Source: Cyanobacteriota bacterium (GTDB lineage: Bacteria; Cyanobacteriota; Cyanobacteriia; PCC-6307; Cyanobiaceae). Taken from it: a stretch of DNA of 64,000 bases. Shown here one piece after another: positions 1-8,885 of this stretch (position 1 is its first letter; the number at the start of each line of letters is the position of its first letter). The stretch spans positions 288,001 through 352,000 of the forward strand of contig JBJOMY010000001.1 of the NCBI GenBank assembly GCA_046052125.1, given 5' to 3'. The translations under genes were made by a program, and so were the position numbers. The notes below the pieces were generated by a model. That model did no database searches, was not told the DNA's origin, and was given only the letters and a program-made list of their open reading frames with translations.

Positions 1-6
1 CATCCA

Positions 7-306
7 TCAGCTGAGCTCTTGGTTGGCCACCTTCTCCCGGATCGCACGCAGCAACCGCCGCACCGCAGGTTCAACGTCCGCTAGTCCGCCACTATGACGA
101 TCACGGCGGGCTTCAAAGAACAGGACGCAGCGCAGCTCCGTCAGGGATATCGCTGGGCCTGCATTGGCTAGATCCGCGCAGGCCTCGAAACTGCCTGCCA
201 CCTCATAGCCATTGATGGTGTGGGCAAAGGATGGCCAGTCGCTGAAGTCACCCTCGGGGTCAGGGATCAGCTCCAGCTTGAGCTGGTTATTGGGAATCGT
301 GCGCAT
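7..306 (-). CDS. Hypothetical protein (~99 aa)
   Basis: The track ORF 7..438 has a more plausible ATG at 306 (MRTIPNNQL...). Protein-like motifs WPSFAHTINGYE and LRCVLFFEARRDRHSGG. Confidence 0.6.
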   Translation of the reverse strand: MRTIPNNQLKLELIPDPEGDFSDWPSFAHTINGYEVAGSFEACADLANAGPAISLTELRCVLFFEARRDRHSGGLADVEPAVRRLLRAIREKVANQELS

Positions 307-478
307 CGTTGAGCAGCGTGTCTTGATCCAAGGGTTGCGACCGCCCCCAGAACTAGAACCTTCGGGAGCTCCCTGCAGCCTGACAACACAAGCCAGCTGG
401 ATTAATCCCCTAAGTGGGGGATAGAACAAGCGTGTCAACCCAGGAGAATTCGCCTAGAACGCAGCAAGGGGCATCTCC

Positions 479-1864
479 TTGATGGGCCACAGAGTTTTTC
501 GGCAATTGCTCGCAGGAATTTGGCTCGCAGGAGCCGCGCTGCAGGTGCCGCTACCAGCTCGCTCAGCGGACGATTGCAAGAACCCCGCTCGGCTGGATCC
601 CCAGGAACGCACACGCTGCTCTCTGCAAGACGGTGATGGCGGAGGGAAGAAGGCGGTGGATGGTGGCACTGGTCTCCAGGTCATCGAGCTCACCACTGAC
701 CTGGACTGGAAGAACGCCAACAAGGCCTCCATCCCCTGGTCAAAGGTCGTCAAGATCCGCTCCGCCCTCGATGGCACCTACGAGCTGGCGGTGTTTGATC
801 GCGATTACACCTCCGACTTCAGTTCAGGCGCTAAGGAAGGGGTCGCAACCAAGTGGACCGTCGACACCCTCAAAGGTGTGGTGTTCACAGCAGGTGGCTG
901 CGGCTTTTGGACCTGCACCTACGGCCGCGGAACGGTGGCTGACCTGCCAGATGTCGTGGAACTGCACACCAGTGGCAAGAGCTATCGGCTCTATGGCTCG
1001 AGCGGTGAATTCCCCATCCCGCAGGCCTTCATCGATGACCTGCTCGCAGCAGGTGCCGGGGCCTCGCTCAATCTGAAGCTGATCCGCGGATCCACTGGCG
1101 GCTCAGTGGTGCCCGTTGGCAAAGGAACGGTGGCGGCTCTCCAGCAGCTGTACAGCAAAGCCATTCAGACATGGGAGAAACCGGCCATTGCTTTGACGCC
1201 TCAAAACGTGAGCGGTCAGCCGCTACTGGTGGAGACCGTCGCAACCAGCTCCCTTCCCTCGGTTGTGATGCTCAAGAACGATCGAAGCATTGGCAGTGGC
1301 TTCGTGATCGCAGCCAATGGCCTGATCCTCACCAACCGCCATGTCACAGCCGGCGGTAGCCGTCGTTTCCAGATCAGCGCCGAAGGTGGTCTGAAAACAG
1401 AGGGCGAGGTGATTTATGTGGATCGCAAGCTTGACTTCGCCTTGGTGCGGGCGGATGGGCTCAGTCGCCTTAAGCCATTACCGCTTTGCTATGCGAGCTA
1501 TCCCAAACCAGGCCAGGCTGTGGTGGCGCTGGGATCACCGTTGGGGCTAGCCGGAACGGTGACCCAAGGGATCGTCAGCGCCGTGCGCGCCCCGAGCGGT
1601 GACCTCAAAGACACGGCTCCCAACTACGTCACCCTGATCCAAACGGACGCCTCGATCAGCCCCGGTAACAGCGGTGGGCCGTTGCTCAACAGCAGCGGCG
1701 AGGTGGTGGGCGTCAACACCTGGGCGCTGCGCGGTGATGACGGCCGCGCCCAAAACGTGAACTTCGCGATCTCCATCGTCGACGTGCTCAAGTCGCTGGA
1801 AGCACGCAGCCCTGGCCTGATCAAGGGCGCCAACGCCTGCGGCAATCAGATCGCCTCTAAGTGA
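479..1864 (+). CDS. Secreted trypsin-like (S1C/HtrA-like) serine protease with an unknown N-terminal domain and no PDZ domain
   Basis: N-terminal signal-like stretch. Catalytic motifs GSGFV, LTNRHV (His), DFALV (Asp), ISPGNSGGPLLN (Ser). Confidence 0.88.
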   Translation: MMGHRVFRQLLAGIWLAGAALQVPLPARSADDCKNPARLDPQERTRCSLQDGDGGGKKAVDGGTGLQVIELTTDLDWKNANKASIPWSKVVKIRSALDGTYELAVFDRDYTSDFSSGAKEGVATKWTVDTLKGVVFTAGGCGFWTCTYGRGTVADLPDVVELHTSGKSYRLYGSSGEFPIPQAFIDDLLAAGAGASLNLKLIRGSTGGSVVPVGKGTVAALQQLYSKAIQTWEKPAIALTPQNVSGQPLLVETVATSSLPSVVMLKNDRSIGSGFVIAANGLILTNRHVTAGGSRRFQISAEGGLKTEGEVIYVDRKLDFALVRADGLSRLKPLPLCYASYPKPGQAVVALGSPLGLAGTVTQGIVSAVRAPSGDLKDTAPNYVTLIQTDASISPGNSGGPLLNSSGEVVGVNTWALRGDDGRAQNVNFAISIVDVLKSLEARSPGLIKGANACGNQIASK

Positions 1865-2373
1865 GCAAGTCCCCCGATCAGGGGATGAAGAGCACCAGCC
1901 GTTCCGGCAACGCTGTATCCAGGCACGAACAAGCCATGACCAACAGTTCAGCAACACGATTCCCGATCAGCCCCAGCGATGAGCAACTCCGGGACACCCA
2001 CAACGCGATGCGCTCTGCCCTGATCAGCGTGAACATCTCCCGCGGGATCTTCCGGAGCCAGAGCGAGAAGCGCGGCGTGGTGATCACCGAGCTGCAGCGG
2101 GAGCTCCAGGAGCTGGAGGCTGCCCTCGGCAATGAGGCCAGGGCCAAAGCACGGCTGCATGCCATGAACAGCCGCCTTGTGGAGGTGATCCGAGAGCTGG
2201 AAGCCACCGGTGACGCCATTGCCGAAGCGGTTGAGGAAAGCCAGCAGCAGAGCGGCTTCTGGCTGGTGCGGATGTTTCAACAGCTCGTACAGCTGGCACG
2301 CCAGTGGCGATCGGTGAAGGCCAAGGCCGCTGCGATCGCGAGTGAGACCGGCCAGATCGAACCCGAGGGGTGA
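1861..2373 (+). CDS. Coiled-coil hypothetical protein
   Basis: Heptad-rich ELQRELQELEAAL...RLVEVIRELE. The GTG overlaps the protease TGA (GTGA, 1861-1864). Alternative ATG at 1936. Confidence 0.7.
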   Translation: MSKSPDQGMKSTSRSGNAVSRHEQAMTNSSATRFPISPSDEQLRDTHNAMRSALISVNISRGIFRSQSEKRGVVITELQRELQELEAALGNEARAKARLHAMNSRLVEVIRELEATGDAIAEAVEESQQQSGFWLVRMFQQLVQLARQWRSVKAKAAAIASETGQIEPEG

Positions 2374-2376
2374 TCG

Positions 2377-2757
2377 ATGACCAGCCCCTCAATCGCGGAT
2401 CTACTCGAAGCAACTAGCCGCGAGCTCGCCGGCACCGATGCCCGTGTCTACCGGCGGGTCGGTGAGCACCTGCAGCGCACCGCTAAGGCCATCGAAGAGC
2501 TGAGCGCACCCGCGGAGCCAAGTCCTAGGGCACTGGCCTTGCTGGGGAAGGGAAGCTTCCTGCAGCAGAGCGTGGCCACCCTCAAATCGCTCTGCAAACA
2601 ACACGGGATACCGGGCTACAGCAAGTTGAAGAAGGCTGACCTGGCAAGGGTTTTGGAGCAGCATGGGCTCGAGCCACCGCCTCGGCCATTGGAAAGCTTC
2701 AGCAAGAAAGAGCTGATTGGGTTGGTGAAGCAGCTTCTCAACCAAGAACGTCGATGA
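2377..2757 (+). CDS. Small protein with a Rho-termination-factor N-terminal (Rho_N/HeH)-like domain
   Basis: SVATLKSLCKQHGIPGYSKLKKADLARVL matches the Rho_N pattern. Starts 3 nt after the upstream stop. Confidence 0.7.
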   Translation: MTSPSIADLLEATSRELAGTDARVYRRVGEHLQRTAKAIEELSAPAEPSPRALALLGKGSFLQQSVATLKSLCKQHGIPGYSKLKKADLARVLEQHGLEPPPRPLESFSKKELIGLVKQLLNQERR

Positions 2758-2911
2758 CCGCAGCCGTGCTCGAAACAAAGAGAGAATCAATCACCCCACC
2801 ACAAGACAACTGGAGGACCGAGCTTGGAGGGCTAAGAGATGGAAAATCAGAGCAATATGGACCGAAGGCATATCAGGTACGTCACTTAGAGATTTCAACC
2901 TCGACAAATAC

Positions 2912-5900
2912 ATGAGACTAGTCAGAAATACCGGCCAAGACCGCGTCGCCGAGATAGTCCGGCGATCGCTTCAAAAGAGCGTGGGATTAAGCGTGGTCAG
3001 CGAGAGCCTATCCATATTTGGTTTTGCCGACCTCCTCGCTGAACTCAATAGCGTGGACTCTTGTCAGCTCATACTGCCACCAAAGGAAACGGATCTTGAA
3101 ATACTGGGAACCACAGCAGATAGACCTGCACGGAACCGCCTTCAGAGTCGCTGGCTAGCAAGTCGTCTCCTGCAATGGATAACAGAGAAAGGGAATATTC
3201 GACGTGCGGCAACAAAAGTTCCTCAAGGTGCAATCGTTGTTCGGGATGGCGACCTTCAGCCAGTGCAGGCATTGATCGGCGCTCTCTCCTTGAGCAGCCA
3301 CGGACTGGGCCTCACACCAGGCAATCCACTGAGCTTGATTCAGGCTTCAGAGAACAAAGAGGAAGCTCAGTTAATCGATAGTTGGCTGAATGCACAATGG
3401 AACTTGCTCGCAGAAGATGAACAAGCTAAGGCCTCACTGCTAGACCACCTACGTCCCATAACAGAGCACCGTGCGCCCATACTGATTTATGCGCTGATTC
3501 TTGAAAAGCTTTTTAGCGGTCAAGAAGGTCAGTTAGACGAAGATCAGATCGTTAATGCCGCGACAGGAATCCGCAAGACCGTCGTCTGGAACAAGCTTTA
3601 CAAATTCCAGCGTGATGGCGTGATCGGCGCAATCGACAAACTCAACAGGTTTGGAGGATGCATCATTGCCGATAGCGTTGGGCTCGGCAAGACATTCGAG
3701 GCACTGGCCATCATCAAGTACCAGGAATTGCGCAATGACCGCGTTTTGGTGCTCTGCCCTAAGCGACTTCGCGACAACTGGACGCTCTACACAGCCAACG
3801 ATCGTCGGAATGTCCTTGCTGCGGATCGCTTCAACTATGACGTTTTGAACCACACGGACCTCTCACGCGATGCTGGGCTCTCGGGCGATATTGACCTTGC
3901 CCATGTGAACTGGGGCAATTACGACCTCGTCGTCATCGACGAATCACATAACTTCCGAAACAAGAAGACGCCCCAAGCGGAAGGTGAGACCCGCTACGAC
4001 CGGTTGATGCGCAAGATCATTCACGAGGGGGTGAAGACACGGGTGCTCATGTTGTCTGCTACCCCGGTTAACAATCGCCTTGCTGATCTGCGCAACCAAA
4101 TTTCATTCGCGACGGAAGGTGACGACAGAGCCCTGATCGACCATGGCATCAACAGCATCGACGCCACCACTCGCTTAGCGCAGAAGCAATTCAACCGTTG
4201 GCTCGATCTGGAGGAGGCGGACCGTACGCCGTCTCTTTTGGTCGAGATGCTGGGCTTCGACTACTTCACGCTGCTTGACCATCTAACGATCGCGAGATCC
4301 AGGCGCCACATCGAGAAGTACTACGGCACTGCCGAAACCGGCCGTTTCCCCGACCGACTCAAGCCAATCAATATCAAGGCAGATGTGGACAGTGCAGGGG
4401 CTTTCCCGCCCATTGCCGACATCAATCGAGAGATCCGCCGATTGAACCTGGCTTCCTATGCACCATTGCGCTATGTGCTCCCACACAAGCAGGCGGCCTA
4501 TGACCGCAAGTACAGCACCGAGGTCAAGGGCGGGAGCGGGTTCTTTCGCCAGGCAGACCGCGAGGAAAGCCTGATCCATCTTCTGCGCGTCAACGTTCTC
4601 AAGCGAATGGAGAGCGCTGTTTCCTCCTTTGCGCTGACGTTGCAACGCCAGCTCTCTGACGTAGAAGCCACTCTCGCTCGCATCGAGGCACAAGCTGATG
4701 AGCTCGAGGAAGTTGATATCGAGAATGTGGACCTTGACGATCCAACTTTTGAGAGCCTTCTCGTGGGCCGCAAGATCAAGGTCCTGCTAAAGGATGTCGA
4801 TCTTGTTCGTTGGAAGCAGGACCTGAGCGAAGACCGCGACAGGCTGGTCAAGCTTGTCGCAGCTGCCCAAGACGTTGAGCCAGAGCGGGACGCCAAGCTC
4901 CAGGCCTTGCGCGAGCTGATTGCTCAAAAATGCCAACAGCCAATCAATCCCGGCAACCGCAAGCTGATTGTCTTCACAGCGTTTGCCGATACCGCCAGGT
5001 ATCTCTACGAGCAGCTTGCTCCGTGGGCGAACAAGACGCTTAGTCTCCATGCGGCATTGGTCACAGGCACCGGTAGCAACCAAGCCACGTTGCCGCTTCT
5101 GCGAAAGGACCTGGCGTCGATCCTGTCTGCTTTTGCGCCACGCGCAAAGGAACGGCCTGCGGATCTTGCGAGCGAGGGTGAACTGGAACTGCTCATCGCC
5201 ACCGACTGCATCTCTGAGGGGCAGAACCTGCAGGACTGCGATTGGCTGATCAACTACGACATCCATTGGAATCCAGTACGGATCATCCAGCGTTTCGGTC
5301 GTATCGACCGCCTTGGCTCACCAAACGAGCGGATTCAGCTGGTCAACTTCTGGCCAAACATGGAACTTGAGGAATACATCAACTTGGAACAGCGCGTCAG
5401 CGGGCGCATGGTCTTGCTCGACATCTCCGCCACAGGCGAGGAGAACCTGATCGAGCAGCAGTCGGGCAACCCGATGAATGACCTTGAGTACCGGCGTAAG
5501 CAGCTCCTGAAGCTCCAAGACGCGGTCATCGATCTCGAGGACCTCTCTACTGGCGTTTCCATCGCCGACCTGACGCTGAGCGACTTCCGCATCGACCTCG
5601 CTGAGTACAGGCGGGCACACCCCGAGGCGCTGGACTCGTTACAGCTGGGCACGATGGCTGTCACGACAACGGCTGAGGCCGATCTTCCCCCCGGCATCAT
5701 CTTCTGTCTTCGTTCGGAGAGCGAGGCTGCCAAGCAGGCGTTCGAGCCTGGATACCCCATGGCACCCCATTACCTCGTGCATATGGGCGATGACGGTGCC
5801 GTGCTGCTGCCCTTTACCCAAACCAAACGCATCCTTGACCGGCTGAAGCGTCTATGCGGGGGACGGGACCAACCCGACCAAGCGGCTTGTGCTCGCTTTG

Positions 5901-6109
5901 ACAAAGCCTCGAAGCAAGGCGCGGACATGCGTCACGCGCAGCGCTTGCTGGCAGCAGCAGTGGGTTCCGTTGTCGGCAAGACGGAGCAACGTGCCGTCGC
6001 CAGCTTGTTCGCCCCGGGTGGCACGCACATATTGGCTGGCGAGTTTGCCGGGATCGATGACTTTGAGGTGATTGCCTTCCTCGTCATCCTTCCGGAGGCG
6101 GCGCAATGA
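2912..6109 (+). CDS. SNF2-family (SF2) helicase associated with type III R-M
   Basis: ADSVGLGKT (Walker A), VIDESHN (Walker B), LSATP, TDCISEGQNLQ, QRFGRIDR. Confidence 0.9.
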   Translation: MRLVRNTGQDRVAEIVRRSLQKSVGLSVVSESLSIFGFADLLAELNSVDSCQLILPPKETDLEILGTTADRPARNRLQSRWLASRLLQWITEKGNIRRAATKVPQGAIVVRDGDLQPVQALIGALSLSSHGLGLTPGNPLSLIQASENKEEAQLIDSWLNAQWNLLAEDEQAKASLLDHLRPITEHRAPILIYALILEKLFSGQEGQLDEDQIVNAATGIRKTVVWNKLYKFQRDGVIGAIDKLNRFGGCIIADSVGLGKTFEALAIIKYQELRNDRVLVLCPKRLRDNWTLYTANDRRNVLAADRFNYDVLNHTDLSRDAGLSGDIDLAHVNWGNYDLVVIDESHNFRNKKTPQAEGETRYDRLMRKIIHEGVKTRVLMLSATPVNNRLADLRNQISFATEGDDRALIDHGINSIDATTRLAQKQFNRWLDLEEADRTPSLLVEMLGFDYFTLLDHLTIARSRRHIEKYYGTAETGRFPDRLKPINIKADVDSAGAFPPIADINREIRRLNLASYAPLRYVLPHKQAAYDRKYSTEVKGGSGFFRQADREESLIHLLRVNVLKRMESAVSSFALTLQRQLSDVEATLARIEAQADELEEVDIENVDLDDPTFESLLVGRKIKVLLKDVDLVRWKQDLSEDRDRLVKLVAAAQDVEPERDAKLQALRELIAQKCQQPINPGNRKLIVFTAFADTARYLYEQLAPWANKTLSLHAALVTGTGSNQATLPLLRKDLASILSAFAPRAKERPADLASEGELELLIATDCISEGQNLQDCDWLINYDIHWNPVRIIQRFGRIDRLGSPNERIQLVNFWPNMELEEYINLEQRVSGRMVLLDISATGEENLIEQQSGNPMNDLEYRRKQLLKLQDAVIDLEDLSTGVSIADLTLSDFRIDLAEYRRAHPEALDSLQLGTMAVTTTAEADLPPGIIFCLRSESEAAKQAFEPGYPMAPHYLVHMGDDGAVLLPFTQTKRILDRLKRLCGGRDQPDQAACARFDKASKQGADMRHAQRLLAAAVGSVVGKTEQRAVASLFAPGGTHILAGEFAGIDDFEVIAFLVILPEAAQ

Positions 6110-6864
6110 ATGCCACAGACCTGATCGCCGCGTTAGATCTACCGGCCAACTCACGGGTGGACCGGCGCGTGCCCAAGACGTTGCTGTTGGAGCATGGAGC
6201 TCCCACGGCTTCGGACAAGCGCCGCATCAGGGATGGCATTGAAGAGGTGCAGTGGGTAGCGACGCTCAAGCCCACGACTATCGGTGTGCCTGCTTTCCGT
6301 GATGCAGCGCGCGAATACCCGGAGATTTCAGTTCTGACGGTGGCCTTGCGAGCGGGCGCCAAAGCCGAGAGGCTGTCAGAGCTGCTGCACCGTGCCGTGC
6401 CCTACCCGCTGTTCCTGCTCTTGGACGTGGGCACAGGGCTCACCCTCTCACTGGCCCACAAGCGCTGGTCGCAGGGCGAGGCGGGTGCCACTGTGCTGGA
6501 TGGAGACCTGGTTGCGGCGTCTGTAGCTCCGGCCAGCTCCACCCAGGTGACCACGTCGTTCCTCGAAGCGCTCTCGCTGAGCGCACAGCCGCGAGCTGAC
6601 CTGTTCAAGCTTTACCAGGGCTGGATCGATGCGGTGCTAGCCCTGCTTGCGGCTCAGCTAACAGGGCGCTTCAGCCTGCCAGGGTCGCTGGCACATGCCA
6701 ATGCCAGACGGGAGGCGTTGCGCGAATCCGCCCAGCTGGAGGCCGAGATCACCCGCCTGCGGGCTGCCGCTGCCAAGGAGAAGCAGGTGTCCCGCCGGGT
6801 AGAACTGAACATGGCACTGAAGCACGCAGAGGCGGCCCGAGCCTCCGCGCTGACACGCCTCTGA
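6106..6864 (+). CDS. DUF4391-like protein
   Basis: RRVPKTLL...LHRAVPYP...AHKR and C-terminal coiled coil KEKQVSRRVELN. ATGA overlap with the helicase; typical position before a type III Mod gene. Confidence 0.75.
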   Translation: MNATDLIAALDLPANSRVDRRVPKTLLLEHGAPTASDKRRIRDGIEEVQWVATLKPTTIGVPAFRDAAREYPEISVLTVALRAGAKAERLSELLHRAVPYPLFLLLDVGTGLTLSLAHKRWSQGEAGATVLDGDLVAASVAPASSTQVTTSFLEALSLSAQPRADLFKLYQGWIDAVLALLAAQLTGRFSLPGSLAHANARREALRESAQLEAEITRLRAAAAKEKQVSRRVELNMALKHAEAARASALTRL

Positions 6865-6877
6865 GGCCTAAGACACG

Positions 6878-8878
6878 ATGAAGAAACTGACTGCCGGCGA
6901 TCCCGAGACCATGAGCCCAGACCTGGTCGCGGCGAATCTCGAGCGGCTCAAGGCACAGTTTCCAGAACTGGTCACGGAAGGGCCGAATGGTTCTGCCGTG
7001 AATGTGGATGTCCTGAAGGCGCTGGTCGGCGATAAAACCGTGACGGATGCTGACGAGAAATACGGCCTCAACTGGCATGGAAAACGTCAGGCCCGGCAAC
7101 TGGCGCTCATGCCCTCGACTGGCACATTGCGTCCCTGCCCGGAAGAGAGCGTGGACTGGGACACCACGCAGAACCTGATGATCGAAGGGGACAACCTGGA
7201 GGTGCTCAAGCTCCTGCAGAAGAGCTACGCGGGAAAAGTTAAACTCATATATATTGACCCTCCATACAATACCGGCAATGATTTCGTCTACCCGGACGAC
7301 TATGTTGACTCAATAAAAAACTATCACGAGCTAACAGGCCAAGTCGAGGGCGGAGCAAGAGTATCAACAAATACAGAGGCGTCTGGCCGTTTCCATACTG
7401 AATGGCTAAACATGATGCTACCCAGACTTCAGCTTGCAAGCCAATTGCTGAGCAAAGACGAAGGGGTGCTCATGGTATCTATTGGCGACCACGAAGTTCA
7501 TCACACAAGACTGCTTATTGACACGGTACTTGGCATGGAGAACTTCATTGGAAGCTTTGTATGGCAAGGAGGCAGAAAGAATGATGCCAGGCTAATTTCC
7601 AATAGCCATGACTATATCCTGGTTTACGCAAAAAATCTTGCCGCTATCCGGAGCGCAGACTCTCGCTGGCGAGAGAAGAAAGATGGACTCGATCCCGTCT
7701 ATGAAAAAGTCGCGGAACTGCGCTTGCTACACGGGGAAGACTTTGCAGCCATGCACAGCGAGATGCTTCGATGGTTTCGGGAGCTTCCCGAAGGGCATCC
7801 TTCAAAGCCACACGCTCATTTTAATTATATTGATAGCAGAGGAGTCTTCTTTCCTGATAATCTTCGCAGCCCCAACCCAAGGCCAAATCTTGTTTTCGAC
7901 TGGAAAGGATACCAGCCACACCCGAATGGGTGGGCATACAGCAGAGAGAAGATGGAACGCCTCGATGCAGAAGACAGGCTTGTTTATCCAGCATCTAAAA
8001 CGCAAAGGGTTAAAATTAAGTCCTATCTTCATGAACACGAAGAGTGGGCTCCAGGGTCCGTCTTTTACAAGGACAGAAGAGCTGCTTCAAAAGCCCTGAC
8101 CAGCTTAATGGGGGAAGAAGTATTTAGCTATCCCAAGGACATTGATGTTCTTGCAAGGTTCATCTCCGCAATCACAAAAGATGGCGATATAGTGATGGAC
8201 TTCTTCGCGGGTTCGGGCGCGACGGGGCATGCTGTTATGAAGGCCGAATCGCAACGACCTCTTAAGAGACGCTATATACTTGTCCAGCTCCCTGAGCAGC
8301 TAGAAATCAGTAATAGCGAGCAAGAGAAGGCAGCAAGATTTTGCATTGATATCGGCAAGCCGTGCACCATTGCAGAGCTCACAAAAGAGGGGCTTCGCCG
8401 TGCAGGCCAGTCTGTTCAAGGTTACAACCCGCTGTTGGCAGGCGATCTTGGCTTTCGGGTCTTCAAACTCGATTCCAGCAACATCCGCGCATGGGAGCCA
8501 GATCCTAACAATCTTGACCAGACAGTCCTTGATTACACGAACCATATCAAGGATGGTCGCACCGAGCAGGACATTCTCTACGAACTGCTTCTCAAGCTGG
8601 GACTTGAGTTGTGCGTGCCGATCGAACAAAAAGACATTGCTGGCAAAACCGTGCACAGCATTGGCGGCGGTGTCCTGATGGCCTGCCTTGCGCCTGAGAT
8701 TGCAAGTGAAAATGTGGAGCATCTTGCACAAGGACTGGTGGCCTGGCATCAGGTCCTTGCTCCAGCAGGCGACACCACCTGTGTGTTTCGCGACAGCGCT
8801 TTTGCTGATGATGTGGCCAAAATCAATCTCGCAGCCATTTTGAATCAGCACGGTCTAATGAACGTGCGGAGCTTGTGA
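6878..8878 (+). CDS. mod: Type III restriction-modification methyltransferase subunit (beta-class N6-adenine MTase)
   Basis: IEGDNLEVLKLL, YIDPPYN (motif IV), DFFAGSGATGHA (motif I) and GFRVFKLDSSN, in beta-class motif order. Confidence 0.93.
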   Translation: MKKLTAGDPETMSPDLVAANLERLKAQFPELVTEGPNGSAVNVDVLKALVGDKTVTDADEKYGLNWHGKRQARQLALMPSTGTLRPCPEESVDWDTTQNLMIEGDNLEVLKLLQKSYAGKVKLIYIDPPYNTGNDFVYPDDYVDSIKNYHELTGQVEGGARVSTNTEASGRFHTEWLNMMLPRLQLASQLLSKDEGVLMVSIGDHEVHHTRLLIDTVLGMENFIGSFVWQGGRKNDARLISNSHDYILVYAKNLAAIRSADSRWREKKDGLDPVYEKVAELRLLHGEDFAAMHSEMLRWFRELPEGHPSKPHAHFNYIDSRGVFFPDNLRSPNPRPNLVFDWKGYQPHPNGWAYSREKMERLDAEDRLVYPASKTQRVKIKSYLHEHEEWAPGSVFYKDRRAASKALTSLMGEEVFSYPKDIDVLARFISAITKDGDIVMDFFAGSGATGHAVMKAESQRPLKRRYILVQLPEQLEISNSEQEKAARFCIDIGKPCTIAELTKEGLRRAGQSVQGYNPLLAGDLGFRVFKLDSSNIRAWEPDPNNLDQTVLDYTNHIKDGRTEQDILYELLLKLGLELCVPIEQKDIAGKTVHSIGGGVLMACLAPEIASENVEHLAQGLVAWHQVLAPAGDTTCVFRDSAFADDVAKINLAAILNQHGLMNVRSL

Positions 8879-8885
8879 CATCGCG

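Noticed and set aside
2912..6109. DISARM, BREX or Zorya system
   Set aside because: No DrmA/B/C, PglZ/BrxC or ZorA/B-like genes; the partners are clearly type III Mod/Res.
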